Assembly (NCBI GenBank): GCA_040954595.2 | Contig: CM082590.2 | Span: 6,696,001-6,760,000 of the forward strand | DNA from: Balanoglossus misakiensis | Taxonomy: Eukaryota > Animalia > Hemichordata | Length of the DNA: 64,000 nucleotides | Direction: 5' to 3' | The notes under the pieces: model-generated | Told to the model about the DNA's origin: nothing | Databases searched by the model: none | The model's input: the letters and a program-made list of their open reading frames with translations, nothing else | Part shown: positions 1 to 13,395 of the stretch, piece after piece | How the letters are laid out: each line of letters opens with the position of its first letter | Position numbering within the stretch: the first letter of the stretch is position 1 | Translations under genes and position numbers: made by a program

Positions 1-39
1 TCCAGCCAGCCATTTATCCAATTACCTCACTCATTAATC

Positions 40-255
40 AATTAATTCATTCATTCATTCATTTATTCATTCACCTACTAACTTACTACACACACACTCA
101 CTCACTCACTGATTCGTTTAATCATTCTTTCATTATATCATTATTTCATTCATTCATGCACTCACCCGTTCATTCATTTATTTAGTTATTTGCTCGCTCA
201 TTCATTCATTCATAGTTTCATTCATTCATTCAATCATTCATTCATTCATTCACAT
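40..255. repeat. Imperfect (TTCA)n microsatellite
   Basis: Direct inspection. Confidence 0.85.
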
Positions 256-340
256 CAACCTGTCTTCATATTACTCGTTGACATTTTTTCTTTGGCAAAA
301 ACAATAATCAGAATTAAGTTTGGTTCCTGTAAGAACTCAC

Positions 341-484
341 CTGATCGGAACAATAGACAACCAAGCGAGAAATGATGGCACCTTCATCAATTTCTTGGGA
401 ATGGCCGCACTCTTGTTTGATTCTGCGGATGGTTTCTGTTCTTGCTGCCAACATTGCAACCAGGGTGGCTTCACTGGCGGTGCC
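341..484 (-). CDS. HDC: Histidine decarboxylase exon 6 (GTASEATLVAMLAAR...LVVYCSDQ); gene continues beyond the left edge
   Basis: ASEATLVA.LAAR and Y.SDQ motifs; cag/gtgag boundaries. Confidence 0.92.
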
Positions 485-515
485 CTGTCGAACAGTTACA
501 TGTACATGGTGTTAA

Positions 516-864
516 AGCCCCTATAGCTGCCAAATTTCACATATATTTTTCCACATTAAATATACTTCAAATCTATTCCCTATCCTCTAAAATCCTCACT
601 ATTAAACCATATTAGTTGCATTTGCATAAGTTTGTCATCTCTTGGCGACGCATACCACGATAGCTGCGTACTGTTTGTATGGAGGCTGATTAAATCGGTG
701 TGGCACCGTTTTAATACATAGCGTGTTCAAATTGCAACATGCAGTCACAATCGGGCATCGATAAGGTGTTCATGTATACCTATCAGCAAGCTTGTTTAGA
801 TGGACCAATTGAAGTTGGAAAATAAAATCATGAAAAAATGCAAAAAGTGGCAGCTCTTGAAGCT
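516..864. mobile_element. MITE family C (about 350 bp, TTAA|AGCCCCTATAGCTGCC...GGCAGCTC..GCT|TTAA)
   Basis: Near-identical copies at about 40357-40703 and 56191-56540. Confidence 0.75.
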
Positions 865-1121
865 TTAAAGGCTGACAATCATTTTATGCGCATGTGCGTA
901 ATTTTGTGTGTACAAACATTGCGTCCAATCCAAACGTTCTGCAAATAGCGGACCGCCTTCGCTTCCTTCCAAATTTCATGCGCAGCGTATAAGTAGACTT
1001 TTACCATAGAATAATGTAACCATTACACATTCACATATGTCATGTGTGTGTATAGTTTTGTGTGCACATGGGTTTGAAACAGTCAAGTATAGGATGCGAA
1101 TTCTTCTAATTTGCATTTTAC

Positions 1122-1192
1122 CTGTAAAACGCCACCACCTCGGCTACCAGGTGCGTTGTGAAGGAAGCAAGCTGGTAGGCCAATCATCTTTG
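1122..1192 (-). CDS. HDC: Histidine decarboxylase exon 5 (AKMIGLPACFLHNAPGSRGGGVLQ)
   Basis: GGGVLQ motif; phase matches neighbouring exons. Confidence 0.92.
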
Positions 1193-1398
1193 CTGTATTA
1201 AAATAGAAAAGGAGAATACGGCTTATAAGTAATGCAAACTATTTTTCAATTGGTCATACACAAAAAAACAAAATGTTATTTTTTTACTGTGTACATCTGG
1301 ACAAAGCACTGACCCCTACTAAAGGGTCACTCAAGTTCATGACCCATGCTTGGTGGTACATAATGTTGGTCAGTCAAAGGTCAAGAGATGTCACTCAC

Positions 1399-1450
1399 CC
1401 AACCAGTCCATGACAACCACCTCCAACTCAGTGCATGCTGGACTTGAAGC
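1399..1450 (-). CDS. HDC: Histidine decarboxylase exon 4 (ASSPACTELEVVVMDWL)
   Basis: SPACTELE signature; cag/gtgag boundaries. Confidence 0.92.
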
Positions 1451-2338
1451 CTGTTATCAAAACGTAAACAAATAATTATGTTAATGATGGTGTGATCGCC
1501 ATGTTTTTAACCACTATACATAGTTCTTCCTACCTTAAATACTAGGTTTCTACTTCATTGCTTTAATAGTCATAAATGTCTTTGTAGTTAGAATATATAC
1601 AATATCGAGCTCGTTCAACATTTTCTCATTTTTTCTACAAAATTACAGAACAACTCAACGTCAGTCACTGTAACTTTTGCTAAACGTGACAAAATTCAGC
1701 CATCTTGAAATTGTGTCGTCCATATCAGATATTCCTCTTGACCATATATAGGCATATGTAAATTAGAGGTGATTGTATACAATTGTGAGAAAAGTGAAGC
1801 AAAATTGAAATTCGCTTCCCTTGCTACATTTTAGAAATCGAAAAGTTGTTAGTTGTCAGCAAAGAACACGTAAAACCAACCACCTTCCTTCTCTTTTCAA
1901 AGTGAAATGTCAAAATGCTTAATTTCCCCGGGTGATATAACTAATATGGCGTACACGCAGAGTCTAAATCATGTAGACAAACATCCCAGTCCCCTTAGCT
2001 TGAAGTTATCGCTAATGAAGTCTAAAGATGAATCCTTTCAAGCAAAATGTCAAACCCTTTACGCAGACACGAGCATTTACATCTAACAATCGCATTTCCA
2101 ACAAGTATCCAAACCGACGATTACTAAATTATAGGCAATCCATACTACATGTCTGATCAATTTTTCTCTATCCTTTCTCCCACATCTGTATCATTTGCAA
2201 TAAATTATTAAGCTGACAATTACTTGTGGTTGTGAGCACATATTTCTACGTCATCATGGTACGGAGACTGTGTAGGTTTTAATACTAACAAACATCGGTC
2301 TGACGTAAAGTACATTTGGATCTGATTTGATGTCTTAA

Positions 2339-2642
2339 AGGGACAAAGTCTCTTTCTCGCCGCCCTTTTCCATTAATTATATTTAATACAAGACACCCTT
2401 TATGTTATTCTACATGTCGATATATAGTGAATCAACGTTCGACCACACACAACTTCCATCCTGTTGGTCAGATATGAGAGTAAAAATCTTGCCAAAAAGA
2501 ATAAATGGTAAAGGCCGATTATTCATTTTGGCGAGTTTTTCACTCTTGTGTCTACAAGTGGGATGGAAGTTGTGTGTGGTCGAACATTGATTCACTATAT
2601 ATCCAGATGGAAAGAGGGCAGCAAGAGAGAGACTCTGTCCTT
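2339..2642. mobile_element. MITE family A (long TIR AGGGACAAAGTCTC..., TTAA-flanked, Kolobok-like termini)
   Basis: Near-palindromic; other copies at 5416-5762, 11177-11510, about 36290-36601, 44844-46025, 58587-58931, 61022-61229. Confidence 0.8.
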
Positions 2643-3850
2643 TTAAGGATGTACGCCCAGAACATATTAAACTGGTTAACTGTGCGCATGTGTCTCTCCC
2701 CATAGGATTAATCATCTCGTAGCTTAACTAGAGTGAATTTGTTAAACTTAATTTTATCGGATTGTTTTCTGGAATATTTACATGGTCCTTTTTATCCTTT
2801 GATAGCTGCTTAATAGTAAGTGAACATTCTTTCTGTAAGCTGGTATTTATGTTATCCCACAAAAAAGTTCAAAGGATACTAATTAGGTATGTACTGAATA
2901 CAGGTTATTAGTTGGTTTGTTTGGTAGTTGGAAGCGTTGGCTTACCTACGCCCCCTACAAGAAATGTCAGGGTCCATTTGAAATGGTATATGCTCGACTG
3001 CATATCATCAAAACAATTTGTTACACTCACGCCTGGAATATAGAATCCGGTTGTTTGCTTAAGTGCTCGTTGTTGCCACCGTAGGATGACCTGACTGGTT
3101 TCCATAGATATATAATAGAATATGTACTACTGTAAAACGGGAAATTTTCACTAAGACCAGGAAGAAAAATAAATTGTTCATCGGAATCGCCACTTCTACT
3201 TTGGCTGATTTGGAATTTTTTTTTTGATCTCGGCAAATAATCTACTTCCGCGTTACAAAATTCTTAGTCACTGCCACTGGTGGCCAGAATATGTTGTGCA
3301 AACACCAACTGTAAATGTAATGGCCTATGTTATTGTTGGGAAATATAGTATTGAATTCAGTTACAAGTACATGTATCAGTGTTTTTGTCTGAGATATTTC
3401 TGGTAAAGAGGGAAACAATTATCTCGCCCTTACAATTATCTGTGCAAATATGACGCATTTACCTTCAGCCTAAAAAAAATAAAAATAAAAATATTCGCGC
3501 GCCGCTCCTGGAACTTGGTCCAAAAAATCCGATGAACAAGATTTTTTTTTCTCTGGCCTAACGATATATTTTCGCGAACTAAGCGAGAGCAAAAAAACAC
3601 CCCGCGAACATAAGAAAAGTCACGTAAAATTGTTTTTCGGAGATGACGATGCAGTGAGATACGAGAACGTGAAAATTAATCGTCGCGTATAATATAATAG
3701 TTGCCTCTTTTGATATCGCGAAAATTTTCTTTCGCGAAAATTACCCGTTTTACAGTATTGTACAGCCTACGCAAAATTGGTAGAGAGCATGATGAACATC
3801 CAAACAATGGTAGTGGCGGTGCCATGGAAACCATTGTCCGGAGCACTTAC

Positions 3851-3964
3851 CCATGTGAAACCAAGACAACCAATAGCGTCAGCCAGCATGTCGCCTAGCA
3901 ACGATGGGCAGGAATTCAAAGCTGGGAAGTACGCGTGCATATGGGGGCTTTGCCAGTGGGTAAT
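3851..3964 (-). CDS. HDC: Histidine decarboxylase exon 3 ([38 protein letters not shown])
   Basis: [10 protein letters not shown](F/Y)PAL is the HDC-type version of this motif rather than the DDC/TDC one; canonical splice sites. Confidence 0.92.
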
Positions 3965-4266
3965 CTGAAAGTGAAAGAAGTCGAAATGTTAATATAATAC
4001 ATTTGTTGTACCTGGAATTCACAAACACATATATATGTATACTCCCCTATTTTCTATTTCTCTGCATCTTTTCTCAGTCTTTTTGGTTGATCAAGTTTCC
4101 TATAATATTGCATATTGGTCGAATGATAAACATTTTTTTTCCAAAAATAGAGGTGATAGTTTCTGAGAGTATTTGCTTTCACATTTTCTTCCAAGCCACA
4201 CGCCTATATAGTGGATAAACGCATTGCAAAATTCGTTCAATACACCTACTGGTGTACTCACTGATT

Positions 4267-4299
<33 letters not shown>

Positions 4300-4360
4300 A
4301 TGTCTGTCTGTATGTATGTAGTATGTATGTATGTATGTCTGTCTGTCTGTCTGTCTGTCT
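4267..4360. repeat. (TGTC)/(TGTA) compound microsatellite
   Basis: Direct inspection; similar arrays at 13254-13360, 23218-23332 and 57126-57402. Confidence 0.9.
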
Positions 4361-4997
4361 AACTGATCAGCAGAATCAATTAGAATTTAATGATATCCAC
4401 TCCATATACATGTATTATTGAGTCCCCATATGGTACCAAAATTACTGCTGTTTCACTTAACGTCAACACAAACCTCTGGGCTAATGAATTGATTTACTGT
4501 CAACACCTGTTAACTGACCCCATCACTCAAATGAAATCACTTCATTAGAAGTCAGTAATTCCATTCTGCGTTGTTGTTCTACATTGTGCTTCCAGTCACG
4601 TGTATCACTGATCAGCCATTAATACTGAACTGCCATGGCTAGGTACATGGTGAAAATCAACCATATGAAGTTCAGTGTACTTCGTACGAATTGAAAGCAC
4701 TATCAACATGTCAGTCTTTCTGTCTGTTGATCTGTCTGTCCGTCCGTCCGTCTATCTGTTAGTCTCTCTGTCTACCTTAAGATAGGAAAGCCTATGGCTT
4801 ATCGATAAAAAATTAAAATACAACTTTTAATCTTTTCTTGCCAAACCAAGTATATATCAACTTTTTCCAAATTAATGTACTAGGGTTGATATATGTAAGT
4901 TTCATCAATGAGATATTGATTAACTCAAACCAGCAAAGAAAAAATGGCGACACGCATTCATCCAGTGAATATGAATACACACATGCGCATGGCTTAC

Positions 4998-5170
4998 CCC
5001 TGGCATGATGACCCGTTCTATATCTCTGAAGATGTCTTCCCATTTCTCGCCCTGGTTTGGAGCCTCCTGGGGAATCAGATCTTGCATGTACCCTGGCTGC
5101 ACATCCGGGTACACGTTGCGTAGCTTCACGGTCTGCAAGTAGTCCGCTATGTAGTCGACCATCTCCTTCC
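4998..5170 (-). CDS. HDC: Histidine decarboxylase exon 2 (GKEMVDYIADYL...DIERVIMPG)
   Basis: ag/gt bounded; group II PLP-dependent decarboxylase N-terminal motif MVDYI..YL...PDVQPGY. Confidence 0.92.
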
Positions 5171-5415
5171 CTGGAGAGAAAAAGCAACGAACGGTTTATT
5201 AGAGAAGTATCGAAATATGATAGGTACTTTTGAAGTACAGTAAAACCCCTGGCCACCCTGTAGCGGTCACCTCTATATAGTGACCATTTTGTTGCAGTCC
5301 CTGTGCAATTCACATGTGTGTTAATTAACCTCTATATAAAGGCCACCTCTCTATAAAGGCCAGTTTAGGAAAGTTCCTTGACTGGCCACTATAGAGAGGT
5401 TTGACTGTAGATTAA

Positions 5416-5762
5416 AGGGACAAAGTCTCTCTCTCGCTGCCCCTTTTCCATTAATTATTTTTGATACAAGACACCGTTTATGTTATTCTACACGAGGATA
5501 TATAGTGAATCAATGTTCAACAACACACAACTGGCATCCCACTTGTAGACATGAGGGTGAAAACTTGCTGAAAATGAATAAACGGTAGAGACTGATTATT
5601 CATTTTGGCGAGTTTTTTCACTCTTGTGTCTGCAGGTGGGATGGAAGGTGTGTGTGGTTGAACATTGATTCACTATATATCCACATATAGAATAACATAA
5701 ACGGTGTCTTGTATCAAACATAATTAATGGGAAAAGGGCAGCGATAGAGAGACTGTGTCCCT
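5416..5762. mobile_element. MITE family A copy
   Basis: TTAA|AGGGAC...GTCCCT|TTAA. Confidence 0.8.
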
Positions 5763-6602
5763 TTAATTTCTTCCTAACCAAGGTAATAGTGCAGTGACAC
5801 AGTGTTCATTGACTTCTATGTTAAATGTCTTCATCGACCTATTGAATGGTAGTGTAGTAAACCACCGCTCAAGAAAACGCTTAGAGCTTATAAGTTATAG
5901 CTATTAATCACGTTTCTTCTTCTTCAATATTTCATGTACAATTTGTTCATGCAAATATGTATCTGGCGAAAGATATGATTCCTGAACATGGTCCTGTCGG
6001 AGGAGTGACCAAATGTTGCTAACTAAGTGAATGTTCTATTAATGGAAAAGTAGTATAAACACACAAAATCAGCCTAATTAATTTCTGAAATTCCTCTCGT
6101 GTTAAGTGTTAGTGCATGATATTATTTTTCATAAAGGTCATTGCCACATTGTTATTCTCCAGGATGACAACAGCAGCCATATATGTTGAAATTAAGGATC
6201 CTTTTGTTTCAGTTTGTATGAGCGTTGAGTCAGAGAGTTCGTGTCAACAAACATCTTTCATTCCCAATTAAAGATCATTAATGTACTAATGAGGCGTACA
6301 GAAACACAGAGCAGGAAACATGAATTCTTAAAAAATATTAAAGATGCATCAGTATCTGTCCAATCAGTGCATCCGTACTTGAGGTGTTTAGGAAGTGTTT
6401 TTTTAACAATCTGTGATGTCGTTTGGCTAAATAGTTATGGTGATATTCTTATGTGACGCAGGACAAACGATTCATATTCTACCTCTCCAACTATTCTACT
6501 TTCGACCAAAGCATGACTTGTAGTAACCTATTGCTGTGGTGATTAACCAAGTTTCGCGAGATCTCGAAATGAGTGAAAAATCATCCATTATCGTCTGCTT
6601 AA

Positions 6603-6784
6603 AGGTATACGGTCACCTATGGAAAATTAGATATAGTTACCATGGCAAATTGAGATCTAGCCAATCACTGATTTTCAGTGGGTGGCACACGTGAAAAAAG
6701 CGCCACCATATGTTCTTTAGAACGCTGAAATACTTCATTTCAGCCATATATGGGCGTATGTAAATTGGAGGTGACTGTATACCT
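6603..6784. mobile_element. MITE family B (about 180 bp, TTAA|AGGTATACGGTCACCT...AGGTGACTGTATACCT|TTAA)
   Basis: Copies at 9179-9354, 12462-12646, 26168-26352. Confidence 0.8.
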
Positions 6785-7062
6785 TTAATCTATCATGATT
6801 TGTGTCTGACACCCGGCAGAAATGTTAATATTCAGGGCAGGAGGTGCCCAGAGAAAAACAAACTTGCTTGACAGATTTCACAGTTTGCTTTTGAAGCAGA
6901 CTGTCGATTTTGGATTATTTCCGCAGAAATGTTGCCGTCGTTTGAGAAAATGTAAATATTAACAGACAGGATTGCTGCAGGCTGCTTGTCAAACAGCGTA
7001 CAGCATAGCCGCATATGTCACTGATACTGTGCAGTCAAGCAATCAGTTATACATCTGCGATG

Positions 7063-7274
7063 CTGTAAAACACTTTATTTTCGCGAGTTAAATTTTTTCG
7101 CAATATGAAGAGAGGCCTCTGTTTCGCGAGTATTAATTTTCACGTTCTCTTATTTCATTCACTGCATCGTTATCTTCAAAAACAATTTACGCGACTTTTT
7201 ATTTTCACGCTATTTTTGGCTCTCGCGTATTTGGCGAAAATTATTTGCTCGCGAAAATAAAGTGTTTTACAGTA
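7063..7274. mobile_element. MITE with CTGTAAAAC...GTTTTACAG TIRs and TTTTCGCG subrepeats
   Basis: Near-identical copy at about 42031-42248; related sequence at about 3545-3757. Confidence 0.65.
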
Positions 7275-7686
7275 TTTTCTTCTGTAGTTCTCAGTTTTGT
7301 GCCTGACGATTACTCTCAGACATCCTCTCTGCGATAGTGTGCGATATGTCCCATTGCTCAGCCAAATATAGCACAAACCGTCGGCTATCTTTGAAGACCT
7401 GAACAAAAGGAAGATATACGACCACACACGCAGCGATGCGTTGTACAGCAAATCGTTTTGCGATAGGTCGATCAAACTTACACTGGGCCATTTCCGGCCG
7501 ACAGTGAACGGAGTATCAGAGTACTTCCGGTTGGTGAATATTTCAATTCTGGCGTCCGATATTCTCAGGGAACGGCGCTATCAATGGCATACGTTGTACT
7601 TACACGGTGAATGGTTCTCTGTTGGAACTAATGGTCCGCAAAGCAATCTGAACACAGAAATGGGACGATGCCGCGTTTCCATTATT

Positions 7687-8945
7687 TTTTTTTTTTTTAT
7701 TTATTTCCATTCATTTAATTTTACATGTATCATAAAGATAAATCGTGTTTTGATGAAAAAAAATAAATAAATAAATAAAAAATAATACTATATAAAAAGA
7801 GATTCACCAGGTACATTTGTTTAACAAAATAATTACATCTCAGACGGAAGCAATGATTTTCTTCCAATAATGGGTGAAATCTAGATTATTATTCCTTCTG
7901 AGTATTTGGTGCATAAATTGTAGGTATCTGTAAAATATATCGAAATTGGTTTTTGCTCTAATGCTGTTAATATCATGTTGTAAATGGACCCATGAAGCGA
8001 ATACACAATACTTTGCAATAGTAATGACAATGTTTACAAATCTATAAAGAGGATGACTGTACATAGTTTTGTAACCAAGAATAATAGTTTCTAAGTCGAC
8101 CTCATGACATATGCCAAGTTTGCTGAGCAAAGCAGATAAACGCTGCCAAAAATCCCCTAAACGTTGACATTTTAAAAATAGATGCTCATAAGAATCAGTT
8201 ACATTACAAAGACAACATAGATCATTTTTACTAATTTTCCATCTTAAAAGATTGATGCCACATGGCAAAATGTTATGCATAATCTTAAAGTTAAATTCAG
8301 CAAGTTTCCTATCACAGCACAATCCAGTCGTTTGGTTAACCCATATAGTTCTCCACTGTAGTGGAGTAGTCATGGTCAAACGACGATTCCATGTATTTTC
8401 ACAATATGGACGAATAAAACGATTTTGCACAAAAATACTGTAAAAAAATTTTGAAGTAAGGCGAGACAGATCATTAGGTAAAACAAAAACTTTTCCATTG
8501 ACATGAAGAAAATTCTTTTCTCTACGCATCTGATGCAACTGAGTACCTTTCAACACAGACTTCCATTCTCTGGGAATAAGATTCCGCAACTTCATCCATT
8601 CAACTATCCAATTTGACTTATTCTCGAGTTTTTGTAACAACAGTGTAGGTGGAAGAAAATCGCCGTTGGTATCGACAATGTCCTGGACATAGATAATATT
8701 TGAGTGAATCCAACCAGGGAAAAAAAGAGTCTTACCATTATCTGAAATGTTGATATTACCCCAGATAATTTGATTACGCACATCTAAATGACTGAGTTTG
8801 GAGAAAGTGACGCAACCACCTTTTGCACTATGCCAAGCTGAAATAACTTGTTTATAGAAAAAGGGAATTCTCTCGAGAAATGGGAAACAGGAAATGTTGC
8901 TAAAATTGAAATGAAAAATAAGAAAATCTGGACCATAGTGCCCGA
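7687..8945 (-). mobile_element. 5'-truncated L1/Tx1-type LINE (3' end of ORF2) in HDC intron 1
   Basis: About 368 open codons ending in a zf-RVT-like CCLC...SYEHLFLKC; AATAAA plus poly(A) at about 7687-7706; 17-bp TSD GCCGCGTTTCCATTATT at 7670-7686 and 8946-8962. Confidence 0.9.
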
Positions 8946-9053
8946 GCCGCGTTTCCATTATTGATAAACCTGTTTTGCAAACTCTTCAAAAATCGATTTT
9001 CAGACCAACGCAGCCGAAGGCACACAATGCAGAGGTGTGACTCTTTGCGATAT

Positions 9054-9175
9054 TTCATTCATTCATTCATTCATTCATTCATTCATTCATTCATTCATTC
9101 ATTCATTCATTCATTCATTCATTCATTCATTCATTCATTCATGCATTCATTCATTCATGCATTTATTTATTTATT
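9054..9175. repeat. (TTCA)n microsatellite
   Basis: Direct inspection. Confidence 0.95.
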
Positions 9176-11176
9176 TAAAGGTATACGGTCGCCTACGCAA
9201 ATATATGAATCGTTACTGTGCAAAGTGCAAATCTGGCCATTCACATCTATTTAATGGTTGGCACTCGAGAAAAAATAGGCCAACCATTCGACAGTAAAGA
9301 CACGCCCATTTGACCATATATAGGTCTATGTAAATTAGAGGTGACAGTATACCTTTAGTTGTTTAAAGTCTTGTGTATACTACATGTAGTATCTGTAACA
9401 TGAAACTGTGTCTCTATAAAAAAAAAACTATTATCTCTCTCTATCTATCTATCTGGTACAATTTACATATAACTGTTCCCCCCATTTCCCAATATAGAGG
9501 TGAGTTTTTACCATAGAAAACAATTGATTTGGACCAAACCATGGTGTTGAAAGGGTTATCAAGAGTCAAAAGAGGAGAGTGCTAGAAAGGCAAATCTGGC
9601 ACAGATTTCTTACAATAGAAATGGGTCTGGCGATTGACATCCTCGTTTCGGAATTGTTTCACCAGACTACAGCTGTTCAGTCCCGTCAAATCTCGCGACA
9701 ATCTCATCAAAATGTCGCATAGAAAATAAGTGATGTAATTAAACTTTACGAATTGACCATCCAGTCTACCTGGTGTTCATATCTGAAGGTGTTATTCATT
9801 TTTAGAGGTTTTTTACTTCAAAAATAATCGCCTCGATTAAATTCTTTTAATGTCAAATTGTGAACGAGCCATCAAGAATCGAACACAGTGCCGTAAATTG
9901 CAGTCGTAGACTTTTGTAAGTAGCTGTGATTGGAGACTAGTGTGTGAATGCACAATGCATGTGATTGCAAGAATTTGCACACTTGCGGTGGAAACTGCCA
10001 AGTAGGGAGGACTTCCGGAAGCGAGCATTCCACTTCACAACCTACTCAATTATTGATGACGTCGTTCCGGTGATGCGAAATGACGGGCGCGAGGCTGACG
10101 CATGACGATTCGAGCGGAAGGATGTGCTCACTGGGACGAGGCTAGTCCTTTTAGTAAATGAATGAGTCTCGATTTTATGAATGGGGGAGTTTCAATTATT
10201 CAAGGCGAATCACGGAAGCCGGCGATCATGATTTGTGCACTCGTCACGGCGCGCGTCCGACGCCAGAACAGGTGCTCAATACTGATGACGTAAGCTCGAA
10301 TCCATCACCAGGCTAAACTACATATTTAGCCCTATAGAATACCAGCTATAAATACATACATGCATAACATCCTTTTCATTTATTATTGTATTGTTTTTCC
10401 TATGGAGTTTCTGGCAACACCATTGAAACTTTTTATTTGAATTTTCAAAGTAGTACTTCATCTGCTATAATGTGTGTGAGAAGGTTTGTCTTATTCCATA
10501 AAAATCACTACATTAATTTTCCTATACAGTTAACACAGAGGTCGACGGCCATTTTGACTTTCAACTTTGAGACGATTTTTGCTCACTCATTTAGAATCCT
10601 TCATGCTGACCCTAGCTTAAATATGTCAGATAAATAATGTGGACAAAACTCTGTCAAATATTGAGTTAGAAAACAGCAATAAGGTAAAATATTCGCAGTT
10701 TGACTAACAGTACTAGTAGCATCGAAGAGTAAACATAATATTACATCTGAAGAGAAAAGAATTGGTCGACATAGTGGCTGTTATACCAACCCTCACAGTT
10801 ATAACAGGAGAAATCTGTAGTGGGACATTATACAAATTAAATAATACAGTAATCAAAGGGATTAATAACAAATTCTGGGTAACATAAACTCCCCTTGTAT
10901 TTCTATAATAGCCTAGTTTCTGCTGTCTAACTTCACTCAATCTATTGATCTTTGACTGTAACGCTCAGCGTGTCGCCGCTACGCAATATGATTTCTGACA
11001 CTTCACAGCTAGCGCGCCAACAGGTTGCAACATCCAACCCATTAAATGTGACCCGTCAGATAACACAATCACGTCACGGCGTTCGCGCGCTTTTCTGGCC
11101 TGTCAAAGCCACACTCAACGGTACACAGTTTGGTGGTTGCCGCGCTTGGAGTTCAGTACCGGGCATTTACTATTAA

Positions 11177-11510
11177 AGGGACAAAGTCTCTCTCTCGCTG
11201 CCCTGGCCTTTTTCCATTAATGATGTTTGATACAAGACACTGTTTATGTTAATGTACATGTGGATATATAGTGAATCAACGTTCGACCACACACAACTTC
11301 CATCCCACATGTAGACACGAGAGTGAAAAACTCACCAAAATGAATAATCAGTCTTTACCATTTATTCATTTTGGGCGAGTTTTTACTGTCATATCATACA
11401 AGCAGGATGGGAGTTGTGTGTGGTTGAACATTCATTCACTACATATCCACAGTGTCTTGTATCAAACATAATTAATGGAAAAAAGGCAGCGAGAGAGAGA
11501 CTTTGTCCCT
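11177..11510. mobile_element. MITE family A copy
   Basis: TTAA|AGGGAC...GTCCCT|TTAA. Confidence 0.8.
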
Positions 11511-11713
11511 TTAAGCTGTGTTGGTGCAATCATTATTCTGTGCATATCTCTAACAATAAACTAACAATGACATTTGCCAGTCAGTTGGACGGTAATTGAA
11601 TTGTCCACATTTTATAGCTTTTTGCGAAATAAATGTGTGGAGATTCGAGTCAAGTCGTGTTGGCTCCAAGGAGAAAGTTTATTTTTCTCAAAGATAAATG
11701 TGTGTATATACAG

Positions 11714-11877
11714 ACAGTCGAACCTGTCTATAGTGGCCAGTCAAGGGACTTTCCTAAACTGGCTTTTATAGACAGGTCAATTAATGCACATGTGAATTGC
11801 ACAGGGACTGTAACAAAGTGGCCACTATATGGAGATGGCCACTATATAGGGGTGGCCACTAACAGAGATTTGACTGT
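11714..11877. mobile_element. Tc1/mariner-pogo-like MITE (CAGT...ACTG, TA-flanked)
   Basis: Related copies at about 5238-5408, 12400-12705 and 38849-38960. Confidence 0.6.
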
Positions 11878-12461
11878 ATATAATTAAGGTGCATAGTTAT
11901 TAGCCCCCTTGTTGATGATAGTTTACATATTATGGTCTCGTCATAACAGTTGGTACAAGGTCATTATAATGTTCACTGGCGTCGCACGAACAAATTTACA
12001 CAATTGAGAATTTGACGTCAGCGGTTTCACATATTCTGCAGGCTACGCGAGATCTTCTCGAGCGACAACAAAGAAATTTCGACTGGTGTAATCACAATTA
12101 TTTTCCATTCGGCGGAGTTTCTATTGCCGTTCATTGTGAGTGTTCAAAAACGGGGAATAAATAGTTCAGGTAATGACGCGTCGCCTTTGAAAATTTTTGT
12201 GTAGTATGGATTCACGCCATTGCAGTCAGTAATGGTAGTTGACTTTTGAAATTTGAGATAGCTTGGCGCCTAATGAATGTACGTTGTCGTTCTAATCATT
12301 AAATGTTGCAATGTTCAAATGTTCAACTTCACGCTACGATTGAATGATACCCAGGCTGAACGAATAGCCTACCCCAGATGAATCTATAGAGATAAATTCC
12401 AACCTGTGTAATGGCTAGTCAAGGGCTTTCCTAAACTGGCTTTTATAGACAGGTGAATTAA

Positions 12462-12646
12462 AGGTATACGGTCACCTATGGAAAATTATGTCAAGTTACC
12501 ATGGCAAATTGAGATCTAGCCAATCACAGATTTTCATTGAGTGGCACACACGAAAAAAAGAACGCCACCATATGTTCTTTAGAACACTCATATATGCCAT
12601 TTCAGCCATATATGGGCGTATGTAAATTGGTGGTGACTGTATACCT
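12462..12646. mobile_element. MITE family B copy nested in a CAGT-type MITE
   Basis: Duplicated TTAA; the empty site is visible in the host-family copy at about 11714-11877. Confidence 0.8.
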
Positions 12647-13159
12647 TTAATGTACACATAAATTGCACTGTAACACAGTGGCCATTTGATACAAGTTTTC
12701 ACTGTACATTCAAAGACTTGATAGTGCTGACCGCCAAGCGTGTGGATTTGCGTCCCGCGCTTGCCTTTTGCCAGTCGCGCGGGAATTACTATTCATGGCA
12801 GCATATACACTCCACACTGTAACTCCAATAACATACACGATATCTGTGTTTTATTGACATTTTATGGAAGCATATATGGCTCCTGGTGCATTTTACGATA
12901 CTGATATACAACAAAATTATTTTCTCATACTTACTACAATGATGACAAATCATTTTGATGACCACGGGAATAAAGCGAATAGAAAATGTAAAACCTGTGG
13001 AACAGTTGTAGACTGTGAGGCCTGGTATTCAAAATTTGTCTCAGTCACGAATTTTCCTCAAGTTATCTATTCAACCGTTGTACCCCAAAAGGCCCATGTG
13101 AAACACGTGATTCGAATTGTGAAACATGTGATTCGATTTTGTACAAGTGCATGGACTTA

Positions 13160-13395
<236 letters not shown>

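Noticed and set aside
341-5170. DOPA decarboxylase or tyrosine decarboxylase assignment
   Set aside because: [35 protein letters not shown] and GGGVLQ fit HDC better; the active-site exons lie outside the window, so some uncertainty remains
7291-7400. Exon-like stretch (…ttcag VFKDSRRFVLYLAEQW…) in HDC intron 1
   Set aside because: It has no similarity to HDC, ends in a stop and abuts a MITE, so it cannot be supported as a gene
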